Shown here piece by piece: positions 50,954 through 61,970 of a stretch of 61,970 nt of DNA (position 1 is the first letter of the stretch; every line of letters starts with the position of its first letter). Origin of the DNA: Emcibacter sp. (GTDB taxonomy: Bacteria > Pseudomonadota > Alphaproteobacteria > Sphingomonadales > Emcibacteraceae); contig JAJFIP010000032.1 in assembly GCA_021774875.1 (NCBI GenBank), positions 1 through 61,970 of the forward strand. The letters are read 5' to 3'. The notes below the pieces were generated by a model, which saw only the letters and a list, made by a program, of their open reading frames with translations, had not been told where the DNA came from and ran no database searches. Made by a program: the position numbers and the translations under genes.

Positions 50954-51106
50954 ATAGCGTTACTTGCATACTTTTCTTTTGTTGCCTACCCTTAATTCCT
51001 CATTGAAGTAAAATAGTCAATGACTCAGCAGAATTTTACACTTGCACAATGACTCATGCAGCAGTATCAGTCACTATAGAGATACTTGGACATAATTGAG
51101 GCAATA

Positions 51107-52600
51107 ATGAATATTAAATTTATCAAAAACACCCTTCCCACTTGTGATGCACATGTCGTATTTGTTTACACTGACCGGGAATTATCGGCCACAGCGACAA
51201 AAATAGACAAAACATGCGATGGACTTGTCAGACGCGCCATGGAAGTTGGACATTTTGACGGGAAGTACGGCCAGATCATTGAAATTGTTGCCCCGGTGGG
51301 GCTGGAAATCAATCGTGTGCTTGTTATCGGCCTTGGGGATGAGGCCGCGCTTGATGAAGTTAAAGTGCAGAAAATTGGCGGCAAAATAATGACCAAGCTG
51401 ATTTCTTCTGGTGATAAAAGCATTTCTATTGCAGCGGACGTTCCAAAAGAAGCTAATATTTCCGGGGCTGAATTCGCGGCTCATCTGGGCTATGGTATTT
51501 GCCTGCGGCGTTATCGTTTTGACAAATATTTCACCAAAGAGCAGGACGAGAAAAAACCATCCGTTATTGGTGTTCAAATCATGACCTCTGTACTTTCAAA
51601 TGCTCAGAAACTTTTTGCAGAACTGGACCGTATCTCGGATGGCGTTCAGTTTGCCCGTAATCTGGTGTCGGAACCGGGAAATGTTATTTATCCGGAGAGT
51701 TACGCTGAAAAAATCAAGGAATTATCTGAACTTGGCCTAGATGTGGAAGTCCTCACCGAAGATGAAATGGAAGAATTGGGCATGGGGGCCTTGCTTGGGG
51801 TCGGGCAGGGCAGTGCCTGTGAATCTCTAATGGTTATCATGCACTGGAATGGCTCTGAAAAAGAGGATGAACAACCTATAGCCTTTGTCGGCAAGGGGGT
51901 TACTTTTGACACTGGCGGTATTTCCCTGAAACCGGGTGCGGGAATGGAAGATATGAAGTTTGACATGGGTGGCTCTGCTGCGGTTGTTGGTGCCATGAAG
52001 GCATTGGCGGGACGTAATGCCAAGGTCAATGCTATCGGTATTGTCGGTTTGGTGGAAAATATGCCCTCCAGTACAGCCCAACGTCCCGGTGATGTGGTCA
52101 CCAGTATGTCTGGCCAGACAATTGAAGTGATCAATACTGACGCTGAAGGGCGTCTCGTACTTGCAGACGCTCTCTGGTACACACAGGATCGCTTCAAGCC
52201 CAAATTCATGATTGACCTGGCTACCCTGACCGGAGCCATGATGATTGCATTGGGGCAGGAATATGCCGGAATATTTTCCAATAATGATGAATTATGTGAA
52301 AATCTGATCAAGGCAGGAAAAGAAGTTGATGAACTTGTCTGGCGGATGCCGCTCAGCAAGGGCTTTGACAAGATGGTTGATTCCAAGATTGCCGATATGA
52401 AGAATATTGGTGGCAAATATGCCGGAAGCATCACCGCCGCACAATTTCTGCAGCGCTATGTCAATGATGTACCCTGGGTTCATATTGATATTGCCGGAAC
52501 CGCATGGAGAACAGAAGCTTCAGACGTCGCTGCAGGCGGTGCTACCGGATATGGCGTACGCCTGCTGGATCAACTGGTGCGTAACAATTACGAGGATTAG
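51107..52600 (+). CDS. pepA: Leucyl aminopeptidase
   Basis: VGKGVTFDTGG, MKFDMGG, NTDAEGRL, DLATLTG. Confidence 0.97.
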   Translation: MNIKFIKNTLPTCDAHVVFVYTDRELSATATKIDKTCDGLVRRAMEVGHFDGKYGQIIEIVAPVGLEINRVLVIGLGDEAALDEVKVQKIGGKIMTKLISSGDKSISIAADVPKEANISGAEFAAHLGYGICLRRYRFDKYFTKEQDEKKPSVIGVQIMTSVLSNAQKLFAELDRISDGVQFARNLVSEPGNVIYPESYAEKIKELSELGLDVEVLTEDEMEELGMGALLGVGQGSACESLMVIMHWNGSEKEDEQPIAFVGKGVTFDTGGISLKPGAGMEDMKFDMGGSAAVVGAMKALAGRNAKVNAIGIVGLVENMPSSTAQRPGDVVTSMSGQTIEVINTDAEGRLVLADALWYTQDRFKPKFMIDLATLTGAMMIALGQEYAGIFSNNDELCENLIKAGKEVDELVWRMPLSKGFDKMVDSKIADMKNIGGKYAGSITAAQFLQRYVNDVPWVHIDIAGTAWRTEASDVAAGGATGYGVRLLDQLVRNNYED

Positions 52601-52644
52601 TTAGTAAAAGTACTAAGACAAGATCATAAAGGACTCAGTAACCG

Positions 52645-52728
52645 AACCTGTAAGGGTGAGGCAAGGCCGACTGGCCACCCGAGCTTGTGCGAGGAGGGGA
52701 GCACTCACGGTGCGGGGAGTTATCCCCC
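52645..52728. other. GC-rich structured intergenic element (candidate interspersed repeat or small RNA)
   Basis: GGGT..GGCC-GACT-GGCC-ACCC and GGGGA..ACTC...GAGT..TCCCC stems between pepA and holC. Confidence 0.35.
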
Positions 52729-52750
52729 ATCAACGAAAAAGAAAGCTAAA

Positions 52751-53200
52751 ATGACAGACATCAGTTTTTATCACCTGTTGCATCAACCTTTGACCAGCGC
52801 ATTGCCCAAGCTGCTTGAAAAGGTTCATGGCGCGAACATGAAGGCCGTCATCAGGGTTGGTACAGAGAATCATATGCGAGAACTGGACGAAGCTCTTTGG
52901 GCATTTTCCAAAAACAGTTTTCTGCCCCACGGCACGGTGAAGGGTAAATTTGCCGAGCAACAGCCCATATATCTGACCACAGAGGATGAAAACCCTGCCG
53001 GAGCGACAGTTCTGGTGTTGGTGGACGGTATGGAATCCACTGAACTGGACAAATATGACCGCTGCCTTGAGATGTTCGACGGTGCTGACCAGGAAGCTGT
53101 CACTGCTGCGAGAGTTCGCTGGAAGAAATACCAGGATGCAGGTCATGGGCTAACCTATTGGCAGCAAACCGAGCAGGGTGGTTGGGGTAAAAAAACATAA
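52751..53200 (+). CDS. holC: DNA polymerase III chi subunit
   Basis: ISFYHL, LPKLLEK, LDEALW..SFLPHG, ARVRWK, YWQQ; follows pepA. Confidence 0.94.
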   Translation: MTDISFYHLLHQPLTSALPKLLEKVHGANMKAVIRVGTENHMRELDEALWAFSKNSFLPHGTVKGKFAEQQPIYLTTEDENPAGATVLVLVDGMESTELDKYDRCLEMFDGADQEAVTAARVRWKKYQDAGHGLTYWQQTEQGGWGKKT

Positions 53201-53242
53201 AAAAATGTGAGTCATATTCTAGAGTTGGGGTCGTCCATAATA

Positions 53243-53845
53243 TCAGCAGGTAGAAGTTGTTTGACCATCATTGACAATTGTCTCAATAGAACCCCGGCGT
53301 GGCCTGAAATAAGATAAGTATTCTATCTGGTTATTGATAGCTATAAAGCCGACCAGCGGGGTAAAATTATAGACTACCTCCGTCACAACCAAAATTTGGG
53401 ATGTCAGTACTATCATATTGTCCGGAATTTCAGATGCAGCAACGACAGCACCCTCACCACCGAAGTCATTGATGCTGTCTATAGCACCGAAACACCTCTG
53501 CCAGGCAACCCTATAACTGTCAGGCGGTGAACCATCGGTTCCCACGCCAATTATTGCGGTAACAGTTGCTTTACCACTTGTAGACAGGTTTAACGGTTTA
53601 CTGACTTCGCCTAGAGATAACATCATATCTGAAAGCTGGGATTCCGTTAATCCTTCATCCATCTGTGTGATCAGATTTGAAATGGTATAGGCTGCTCTGG
53701 ATATTTTCTGGTTGGCAATCAAGTACGAAACTATATCTGCGCTGGCGAGAATCATCATAATTAATACCGGTGCCACAAAGGCCATTTCAATGGCGGCAAC
53801 ACCTTTACGGCAGTTTTTTAATAATCTGAATAGTTTCATACTCAT
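53243..53845 (-). CDS. TadE/TadG-like pseudopilin
   Basis: Prepilin motif KGVAAIEMAFVAP followed by a hydrophobic helix; C-terminal RPR. Confidence 0.85.
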   Translation of the reverse strand: MSMKLFRLLKNCRKGVAAIEMAFVAPVLIMMILASADIVSYLIANQKISRAAYTISNLITQMDEGLTESQLSDMMLSLGEVSKPLNLSTSGKATVTAIIGVGTDGSPPDSYRVAWQRCFGAIDSINDFGGEGAVVAASEIPDNMIVLTSQILVVTEVVYNFTPLVGFIAINNQIEYLSYFRPRRGSIETIVNDGQTTSTC

Positions 53846-53869
53846 CCAAGAACACTACTTTCCCTGACT

Positions 53870-54502
53870 TTATGTGCAGATAACATTGGTGCCTGCTTCC
53901 CAGGCAGAACCCCCAAAAGGTTCGTTTCTTATTGCCGTCGAGGCTGAGACACTTGTTGCGGATTTTCCACCCATCATGGCTGTCATAAATCCTGTCATGT
54001 AGGGAAGAATTATATCAACCTTCATAACCACAATATTTTCTTCTCCGCCAGAGCCTGAAGATCCCATATCATCATCCCAGCCCTCGTTATTATTAATATC
54101 AGAAAAACATTCACCAGTATCATATTGCATATTGCCATTTTCATCGACAAAAGGTTCCGGCTCGCCAATATTTGCAAATGATTCATAAGTTTTCATGGAT
54201 ATTGTGATACCAGAGGCAACGCCCACGTCGTCCAGATTTGAAAGGACAATATCCTTTATATAATCAGAGCGATCACTGTAACTATCTGGCACGTTGCCGG
54301 TCATTGCCGTACGTGTCGCTTCTGTAATGGCACCTTCCAGTGAAGCATTGACCATATAGATTCGCCCGATTTCAAATCCACCAATAGCCAAGGACATGAA
54401 AAGCGGAAGAACTATGGCATATTCAACCGCTGTTACCCCTTCTTCCCGATGGAATAATGTCTTCATTGTTTTTCGTAAAATAAGTGTGGCCTTATTCAGC
54501 AT
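53870..54502 (-). CDS. TadE-like pseudopilin (start at 54502 or 54466)
   Basis: EGVTAVEYAIVLP prepilin motif, A.R...TG, C-terminal RNEPF. Confidence 0.85.
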   Translation of the reverse strand: MLNKATLILRKTMKTLFHREEGVTAVEYAIVLPLFMSLAIGGFEIGRIYMVNASLEGAITEATRTAMTGNVPDSYSDRSDYIKDIVLSNLDDVGVASGITISMKTYESFANIGEPEPFVDENGNMQYDTGECFSDINNNEGWDDDMGSSGSGGEENIVVMKVDIILPYMTGFMTAMMGGKSATSVSASTAIRNEPFGGSAWEAGTNVICT

Positions 54503-54702
54503 GAGTTTGAACCTGTTAGCTAATAATCCTATTTTTCTAACATATAGAAATATCCCTAAAAGCTTTAAGAATACTTTCCAAGGCATTGTAGTTTTAGTTA
54601 AATTTTATTATTTGTTGATTGATTTCTTAATATTTTTTTGAATTCTACCGAGTAAAATGCAAAATAAATTTTTAATTCTTCAAGTTAATATCGGAGCTCA
54701 AA

Positions 54703-56364
54703 TTGAGATTATTTTTGTTACAAAAAATAGCAAATCTTATCATCAGAATTATCAGGAACCAAAAAGGCACTATCCTGATAAAAACAATATTCATGTTGAT
54801 TCCACTAATAGGAATTCTGGGAATTGGCGTTGATATGTCAAGGGCATATCTGTATCGATCACAATTATCCGGAGCCTTGGATGCCGCTGCGCTTGCAGGC
54901 GGAAAAGCTTTTCACTCGACCGCAAGAAATGAGGAAATTCAAGCATTTTTTAGTAGTAATTTTCAGTCAGATTATATGGGGGGAACCATCGGAGAATTGG
55001 TCATTTCCGAAATCGACGCTATACAAAAGACCTTGACAGTTACTGCTTCCGGAACGATCCCCGCTACATTCATGGCTGTTTTCGGGTTTGATACTATTCC
55101 AATTGAGGTATCCACTGAAGCCACAAGCAAGACCACTGGCTTGCAGCTTGTCATGGTTCTGGATTCAACGGGTTCAATGAGAAGTTCCGCAGGCAGTGAT
55201 ACCAGAATGGCAGCACTTAAAGCAGCTTCAACTACCCTTGTTAATTCTTTGTTTGGTAGTGAAGCAACCTCTGATAAGTTGGAGATAGCAATTGTACCTT
55301 ATGTTACTACCGTTAATATTGGGGGGCTACTTGATAATAGTTTTCTGGATATGACTGGTGTTCCAGCCAGCTATACTTATGATTCCAATGATTTGCTGAA
55401 ATGGAATGGATGTGTTGAGGCCCGCGCAACCAATGCTGCCCTTGATACGAATGCATTTGATGTGCAGGTTGAGCATAATGGTGTAGACTGGGTTCCTTTT
55501 CTATGGCGCCCACATTACGACAATCATTTCTATAGTCTTTGCGATCTAAAAGGCCCCAATGGCGAAAATTGGCCGGCGCCCGATTATCAACTACCCGGTG
55601 GTTCCGGGGAAGGATCAAGTGATGCCGGGCCTAATATAAATTGCCCGGCACCCGTGCTGGATTTCAGTAATAATAAAGCTACACTGACAAATTATATCGA
55701 CGGACTTTATTATTCCTATAACCGTGGCGGTACTATTGCTAATCTGGGCATGATCTGGGGCTGGCGTATGCTTCATACCGGATCACCATTTTTTAATGAT
55801 ATTGCTTATGACGATGAATTGATGGTTAAAGCAGCCATTCTTATGACAGACGGAGAAAACTGGATCATTAACTCCAGAGGCAGAAGTGCCTATTATGATG
55901 ACCGCAACAGGTCTAACGATAATAGAGATTCTTTTGATGATGATGGTGATGGCACCTGTCCCAGTGGTTGTTCAACAAGCAGTTGGGACGGTGATGATGA
56001 ACGTGATGGCCCGAACGCCTTCAATGCTACCAACGGACCGGATATAGGTACTTATTACATTGGGGATTATTCCGGTTATGGTCGCCGGGATGAAGGACGT
56101 CTTGAAGGTGCCACGACCCGCACAGCTTCGACTACTGCCATAAATCAACGTCTGGCATTTGTTTGCGCTGGTATGAAAGGGGCGGGCATTACCGTTTACA
56201 CTATTACTTTTGGCAGTGGCGCAACCAGTTCCACTTTACAAAATCTATACAGAGGGTGCGCCACAGACAGTGGAAAATATTTTCATGCACCATCAGCTTC
56301 CGAGCTCGAAGGTGCGTTTGAGGCTATTGCAAACGACCTTTCCAACCTACGCCTTAGCAAATAA
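54703..56364 (+). CDS. TadG-like pilus protein with a vWA domain
   Basis: QKG plus hydrophobic helix, VDMSR..ALDAAALAG, MIDAS DSTGSM, ILMTDG, C-terminal LRLSK. Confidence 0.87.
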   Translation: MRLFLLQKIANLIIRIIRNQKGTILIKTIFMLIPLIGILGIGVDMSRAYLYRSQLSGALDAAALAGGKAFHSTARNEEIQAFFSSNFQSDYMGGTIGELVISEIDAIQKTLTVTASGTIPATFMAVFGFDTIPIEVSTEATSKTTGLQLVMVLDSTGSMRSSAGSDTRMAALKAASTTLVNSLFGSEATSDKLEIAIVPYVTTVNIGGLLDNSFLDMTGVPASYTYDSNDLLKWNGCVEARATNAALDTNAFDVQVEHNGVDWVPFLWRPHYDNHFYSLCDLKGPNGENWPAPDYQLPGGSGEGSSDAGPNINCPAPVLDFSNNKATLTNYIDGLYYSYNRGGTIANLGMIWGWRMLHTGSPFFNDIAYDDELMVKAAILMTDGENWIINSRGRSAYYDDRNRSNDNRDSFDDDGDGTCPSGCSTSSWDGDDERDGPNAFNATNGPDIGTYYIGDYSGYGRRDEGRLEGATTRTASTTAINQRLAFVCAGMKGAGITVYTITFGSGATSSTLQNLYRGCATDSGKYFHAPSASELEGAFEAIANDLSNLRLSK

Positions 56365-56459
56365 TAAATATTTGTTTGATAATCTGTTTTTTTTCAGTTC
56401 ACAGGACAAATAAAATTGTCTATAAGGACTGACAATTGAAACATAATGCAAGAACAGGC

Positions 56460-56588
56460 ATGAGACAGACAAATATTTCATCGTTGAATATTAGGTACAT
56501 TGGCACTATATTTGCCAACGCGCTTCTGTTGCCGCTTGCTTCCCTTCTTCTTCTATCCCTTTTACTCGGTCGACTTAGTCGCCCCTGA
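56460..56588 (+). CDS. Leucine-rich leader peptide of leuA (42 aa)
   Basis: MRQTNISSLNIRYIGTIFANALLLPLASLLLLSLLLGRLSRP; 13 Leu codons; ends 110 nt before leuA. Confidence 0.75.
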   Translation: MRQTNISSLNIRYIGTIFANALLLPLASLLLLSLLLGRLSRP

Positions 56589-56697
56589 CGTTTTAATTTA
56601 TAGCCATTAACTGGCGGACGTGCAGGGGAGAAAAACCAGATTTCACTCCCTGATCGGGAAATATGATATATTCAATTCAAAAGTTAAGGCTAAGTAT

Positions 56698-58242
56698 ATG
56701 ACTAAAGATCAAAACAGGGTTATCATTTTTGATACCACATTACGTGACGGTGAACAGTCGCCGGGATGCTCTATGACGTTGGGCGAGAAATTACGGGTTG
56801 CTGAGGCTCTGGAAAATTTTGGCGTCGATGTAATTGAGGCCGGATTTGCCATTGCCTCTAATGGCGATTTTGAGGCCGTATCCCAGGTGGCAGAGTTATT
56901 AAAGGAAACCACCGTATGTTCGCTGGCCCGGGCATCCCATAAAGATATTGACCGGGCATCTGAGGCCCTGAAAAAGGCAGTTCGTCCGCGAATCCATACC
57001 TTTATTTCAACAAGCCCCCTGCATATGAAACATAAACTGCAAATGAGCCCCGATGAGGTGATAGAGCGTATTGCCGACAGTGTCAGCTATGCCCGTAATT
57101 TATGTGATGATGTGGAATGGTCCTGTGAAGATGGCACACGCACAGAAGAGGATTTTATTTATCGCTCCATAGAGGTTGCCATCAAGGCCGGAGCAACCAC
57201 CATCAATGTACCGGATACGGTGGGTTATACTACACCCGATGAATATCGCATCATCATGCAGAAAATAATCGAAAATGTGCCTAATTCGGACAAGGCGATC
57301 TTTTCAGCACATTGCCATAATGATCTGGGCTTAGCTGTCGCCAATTCCATTGCGGCAGTGCAGGGCGGTGCCCGCCAGATTGAGTGCACGGTTAATGGTA
57401 TCGGTGAACGGGCCGGGAATGCGGCGTTAGAAGAAATTGTAATGGCATTTCGCACTCGTGCGGACGCTATCCCTTATCATACGGGTATTATCACAGAGAA
57501 TATCATCAAAACCTCTAAGCTGGTGTCAACTGTAACAGGCCTTGATGTGCAGCATAACAAGGCTATTGTCGGGGCCAATGCCTTTGCTCATGAAAGCGGT
57601 ATCCATCAGGACGGTATGCTGAAAAATGCGGAAACTTACGAGATTATGACACCTGAATCTGTCGGATTGAAAAAATCTGAACTGGTGATGGGCAAACATT
57701 CCGGGCGACATGCATTTCGGGAAAAACTCAAAGAAATGGGATATGAACTGGGGGACAATGAATTTATCAGTGCCTTCACCCGTTTCAAAGACTTAGCTGA
57801 CGTTAAGAAAACTCTCTATGATGATGATATCATTGCCCTTGTTGATGAAAATATGCGAGATAATGACCATATGAAACTCATGAGCTGGTCATTCATTTGT
57901 GATAGCTGGCAAGAGAGCAGCGCCACATTTGGATTGGAAGTGGATGGCGAGAATATGACCGTTACCTGCAAAGGCAATGGCCCGGTGGACGCCGCATTCA
58001 AAGCCCTGCGCGAATTAGCGGGCGGAAACCCGCATATGGAACTATATCAGGTTCAAGCAGTAACGCGAGGTACCGATGCCCAGGCAGAGGTAACTGTGCG
58101 TCTTGAAGAGGATGGTAAATCTGTAAATGGTCATGGTTCCCACGTGGACACGCTGGTAGCTTCAGCCAAGGCCTATATCAATGCGCTCAATAAGCTAATG
58201 GTAAAACGTGAGAAAACTGCACCAGAAGCAATGGCTGATTAA
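56698..58242 (+). CDS. leuA: 2-isopropylmalate synthase
   Basis: [51 protein letters not shown] regulatory domain. Confidence 0.97.
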   Translation: MTKDQNRVIIFDTTLRDGEQSPGCSMTLGEKLRVAEALENFGVDVIEAGFAIASNGDFEAVSQVAELLKETTVCSLARASHKDIDRASEALKKAVRPRIHTFISTSPLHMKHKLQMSPDEVIERIADSVSYARNLCDDVEWSCEDGTRTEEDFIYRSIEVAIKAGATTINVPDTVGYTTPDEYRIIMQKIIENVPNSDKAIFSAHCHNDLGLAVANSIAAVQGGARQIECTVNGIGERAGNAALEEIVMAFRTRADAIPYHTGIITENIIKTSKLVSTVTGLDVQHNKAIVGANAFAHESGIHQDGMLKNAETYEIMTPESVGLKKSELVMGKHSGRHAFREKLKEMGYELGDNEFISAFTRFKDLADVKKTLYDDDIIALVDENMRDNDHMKLMSWSFICDSWQESSATFGLEVDGENMTVTCKGNGPVDAAFKALRELAGGNPHMELYQVQAVTRGTDAQAEVTVRLEEDGKSVNGHGSHVDTLVASAKAYINALNKLMVKREKTAPEAMAD

Positions 58243-58423
58243 CAGATTTTCGCCTGATTGTTTTGAATTCGCCTGAATATAGCGAAAAAGACATAAAACA
58301 TTTCAGTTTCTCCACAAAAAAATTGCTTTCGCGGCGGTATATTAATACAAACAATATATAGCCGACAGATTTTAGGGTTAATGTCACTGAAACTGGCGGG
58401 TTAAGTTAAGCAACAGGCGATAA

Positions 58424-59464
<1,041 letters not shown>

Positions 59465-59480
59465 GGTGAGTGGGTGAATT

Positions 59481-60335
59481 ATGAAGGAGTTAAGACACAG
59501 GTTTTCCTCTGGCTTCTTCATCATTTTGGCACTTGCCCTGCTCATATTTGGCAGTAGTAATACCCCTGTAGTCGATAAATTTCGTTCGGAAATTTCTGAT
59601 ATATTTGTGCCTGTGCTAGCTGTCGCTTCCTGGCCCCTTGAAGTTGTGGGTGGCGTTATTGAATGGACCAGACAGGTCGCCATCGTTTTTTCAGAAAATA
59701 AAAGTCTGCGGGCGGAAAATGAAAGCCTGAAACAGGCACAGACCAAGTCATCCCAACTGGCAATTGATAATCAACGACTGAAAAAGCTGCTCAATGTGGG
59801 AGAGGGTAAGGTGAATACTATAGCTGCCGCACGGGTGGTTTCTGATAGTGACAGTCCTTTTTTTAAAAGTGTCTTGATAAATCGGGGTACTGGTGACGGT
59901 GTGAAAAAGGGCCTGGCAGTTATTAATGAAGACGGTATCGTTGGCAGAACCATTAATGTGGGAACTTCTTCATCGCGGGTATTACTGGCGACAGACATAA
60001 ACAGCCGAATTCCGGTTAAGCTGGCCTCAGGTGGTATTAATATGATCCTTGAGGGCAATAATTCACCCTATCCAAAGCTGGCTTTTTTACCCTTTGGTGA
60101 AAAGCTTGCCGTTGGGAATCTGATATTGACCTCTGGTTATGGTATGGTTTTTCCACCTGACTTACCTGTGGGGCAGGTAGTAGAAATAGGTGCGGAAGGT
60201 ATAAGAATTAAATTATCAGCAAAATTATATAACCTGAATTACGTGAGTATCGTGGGATATGAAATTATCCGCAGTCCTGTCTCCAGTCCGAGCACCAAAG
60301 AGCCGGATAATAGCAGCAGGGAATCAAATAAATGA
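59481..60335 (+). CDS. mreC: Rod shape-determining protein MreC
   Basis: TM plus coiled coil, IN.G..DGV, SRVLL.TD.NSRIP, TSG.G.VFPP. Confidence 0.95.
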   Translation: MKELRHRFSSGFFIILALALLIFGSSNTPVVDKFRSEISDIFVPVLAVASWPLEVVGGVIEWTRQVAIVFSENKSLRAENESLKQAQTKSSQLAIDNQRLKKLLNVGEGKVNTIAAARVVSDSDSPFFKSVLINRGTGDGVKKGLAVINEDGIVGRTINVGTSSSRVLLATDINSRIPVKLASGGINMILEGNNSPYPKLAFLPFGEKLAVGNLILTSGYGMVFPPDLPVGQVVEIGAEGIRIKLSAKLYNLNYVSIVGYEIIRSPVSSPSTKEPDNSSRESNK

Positions 60336-60847
60336 TAGGTTTGGACGGCAAATCAGAAATAGGTTTCAGAGGTATATTACCTTTCATCAGTACATTGGCA
60401 CTGGTGCTGTTAATGCAGCTTCAATATAAAATAACATTTCTTGATAATATGTTTCCATTCTTATCACTGACAGCGGTCTATTACTGGTGTATTTTCAAAC
60501 CGCAACTTATGCCGGTGAGTGTGGTATTTGTGCTGGGATTATTGCAGGATATATTAGGCGGTGGACCGCTGGGTATGATGGCTTTGCTACTGGTTTTAGT
60601 GCAGATGTTTGTGGTCCGCCAAAGCAGCCGGTTCCTTGAGCGGGAATTTCTGTTTAACTGGCTGGTTTTTATTATAGTGACACTGGTATTTGGTCTGGCG
60701 ACCTGGATAATTGCTTCGGTTTACTTAAAAGAAAGTCAAAATTTCTGGGATGCTTTCGGGCAAAGTATGCTGACTATAGCCATCTTCCCTGTGGTGGTTT
60801 TGGGCCTCAGGTGGGTACGTTCTCTGCTAGTGACGGAAAACAGGTGA
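60332..60847 (+). CDS. mreD: Rod shape-determining protein MreD
   Basis: Polytopic, YYW...P, GLLQD...GPLG; between mreC and mrdA. Confidence 0.9.
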   Translation: MIGLDGKSEIGFRGILPFISTLALVLLMQLQYKITFLDNMFPFLSLTAVYYWCIFKPQLMPVSVVFVLGLLQDILGGGPLGMMALLLVLVQMFVVRQSSRFLEREFLFNWLVFIIVTLVFGLATWIIASVYLKESQNFWDAFGQSMLTIAIFPVVVLGLRWVRSLLVTENR

Positions 60848-60851
60848 GATA

Positions 60852-61970
60852 ATGGCAACTTCACCTGAAGATCAGAAATACAAAACATTCACCCGCCGCG
60901 CTGGAATCCTTTCCGGTGGTATGATGATCTTAACTTCTGGTTTGATTGGGCGCATGTATTTTCTGCAGGTTGTCGGTCAGAATCAATTTAAACTCCTTGC
61001 TGACAAGAACCGCATTAGTTTGCGCCTGCTGGCACCGGAGAGAGGGAAAATACTGGACCGCAATGGTTACGGACTTGCCATAAACCGGACAGATTACAGG
61101 GTAAATATTATCCCTGAGCAAGCCGATGATGTTGAGAAAACTCTGGAAGCTCTGAATATCATTTTACCCATCTCAGAGCGGCAAAAAAGGCGAATTCTCC
61201 GAGCTGTAAAAAGACAAAGGGCATTTTTGCCAGTAACTGTGGCGGAAAATCTGGATTGGGAGACATTTGCCCGGGTAAATATCAATATTCCTGATTTACC
61301 CGGAATTCAGCCGGATATGGGGATTACCCGCTATTATCCTGAAAAAGACCTGCTGGCCCATATTGTCGGTTATGTCAGCTCGGTTAATGAACGTGAGATT
61401 GGCGAAGATCCGTTGCTGGAATTGCCCGGCTTCAAGATCGGCAAGAATGGTATGGAACGTATTCTTGACTTGCGGCTTCGGGGCAAGGCAGGAAACAGTA
61501 GAGTTGAAGTCAATGTTATGGGCCGGGTAATCAGGGAATTGTCCCGTAATGATAGTGTTTTTGGTGATACCCTAAATCTGACTATTGATCGTGATATTCA
61601 GAAATTTACCGCTGACCGCGTGCGGGATGAAAGTGCCGCTGTGGTGGTGATGGACGTTCATACGGGCGAGATTTTAGCCCTGACCTCTACTCCAGCCTTT
61701 GATCCCAACGATTTTAATCTGGGAATCAGCCAGAAAAAATATGACGCGCTCCTGAATGATGCTCGCAAACCTTTGATAAACAAGACCGTTCAGGGGGAAT
61801 ATCCGCCGGGGTCAACCTTCAAAATGATTGTGGCATTGGCGGCACTTGAGGCTGGTGTCATTAAGTCCGAGGAAAAATTATTCTGTGACAGCACATATCA
61901 TATTGGTGATACCATCAAATACTGCTGGAAGCGGGGGGGGCATGGTCATGTGAATATGGTGGATGCCATT
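60852..61970 (+). CDS. mrdA: Penicillin-binding protein 2, N-terminal part (runs off the window)
   Basis: Hand translation: FTRRA..., APERGKILDRNG, RYYP, GYV, LTID, YPPGSTFK (SxxK). Confidence 0.93.
   Translation, partial: MATSPEDQKYKTFTRRAGILSGGMMILTSGLIGRMYFLQVVGQNQFKLLADKNRISLRLLAPERGKILDRNGYGLAINRTDYRVNIIPEQADDVEKTLEALNIILPISERQKRRILRAVKRQRAFLPVTVAENLDWETFARVNINIPDLPGIQPDMGITRYYPEKDLLAHIVGYVSSVNEREIGEDPLLELPGFKIGKNGMERILDLRLRGKAGNSRVEVNVMGRVIRELSRNDSVFGDTLNLTIDRDIQKFTADRVRDESAAVVVMDVHTGEILALTSTPAFDPNDFNLGISQKKYDALLNDARKPLINKTVQGEYPPGSTFKMIVALAALEAGVIKSEEKLFCDSTYHIGDTIKYCWKRGGHGHVNMVDAI

Noticed and set aside
51700-52434. 244-aa antisense ORF
   Set aside because: Lies wholly opposite pepA and has the Ser/Pro/Ile-rich composition of a shadow frame
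54590-54702. CtrA box in the Tad divergent region
   Set aside because: The best TTAA pair is spaced by 9 nt rather than 7 in a very AT-rich stretch

Overview
Mostly core chromosome of an alphaproteobacterium, judged from gene order (purC-purS-purQ-purL-[sulfotransferase]-bolA-grxD opposite DUF1476; rpsF-rpsR-rplI opposite fabD-fabG-acpP-fabF-mltG; lptD-surA-pdxA-rsmA opposite pepA-holC; mreB-mreC-mreD-mrdA). Accessory or unusual parts are: (i) a GNAT/Sel1 insertion beside two different palindromic elements and a probable gene remnant (5.1-6.8 kb); (ii) two paralogous hemerythrin-like genes with a non-canonical ligand set flanking a lipoprotein serine hydrolase (8.5-11.1 kb); (iii) alkaline phosphatase followed by a very divergent PEP carboxylase-like gene; (iv) a ~13.5 kb GntR-associated catabolic cluster (beta-keto acid cleavage enzyme, SDR, serine hydrolase, APC permease, two CocE/NonD lipoproteins, Gfo/Idh/MocA, IorAB-like molybdoenzyme) with two visible operator palindromes, the best candidate for an undescribed pathway; (v) an orphan TadE/TadE/TadG-vWA trio; (vi) an unannotated Leu-rich leader peptide ahead of leuA. 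I saw no rRNA, tRNA, CRISPR array, transposase or integrase. All calls are by eye from motifs and synteny; no database searches were run.
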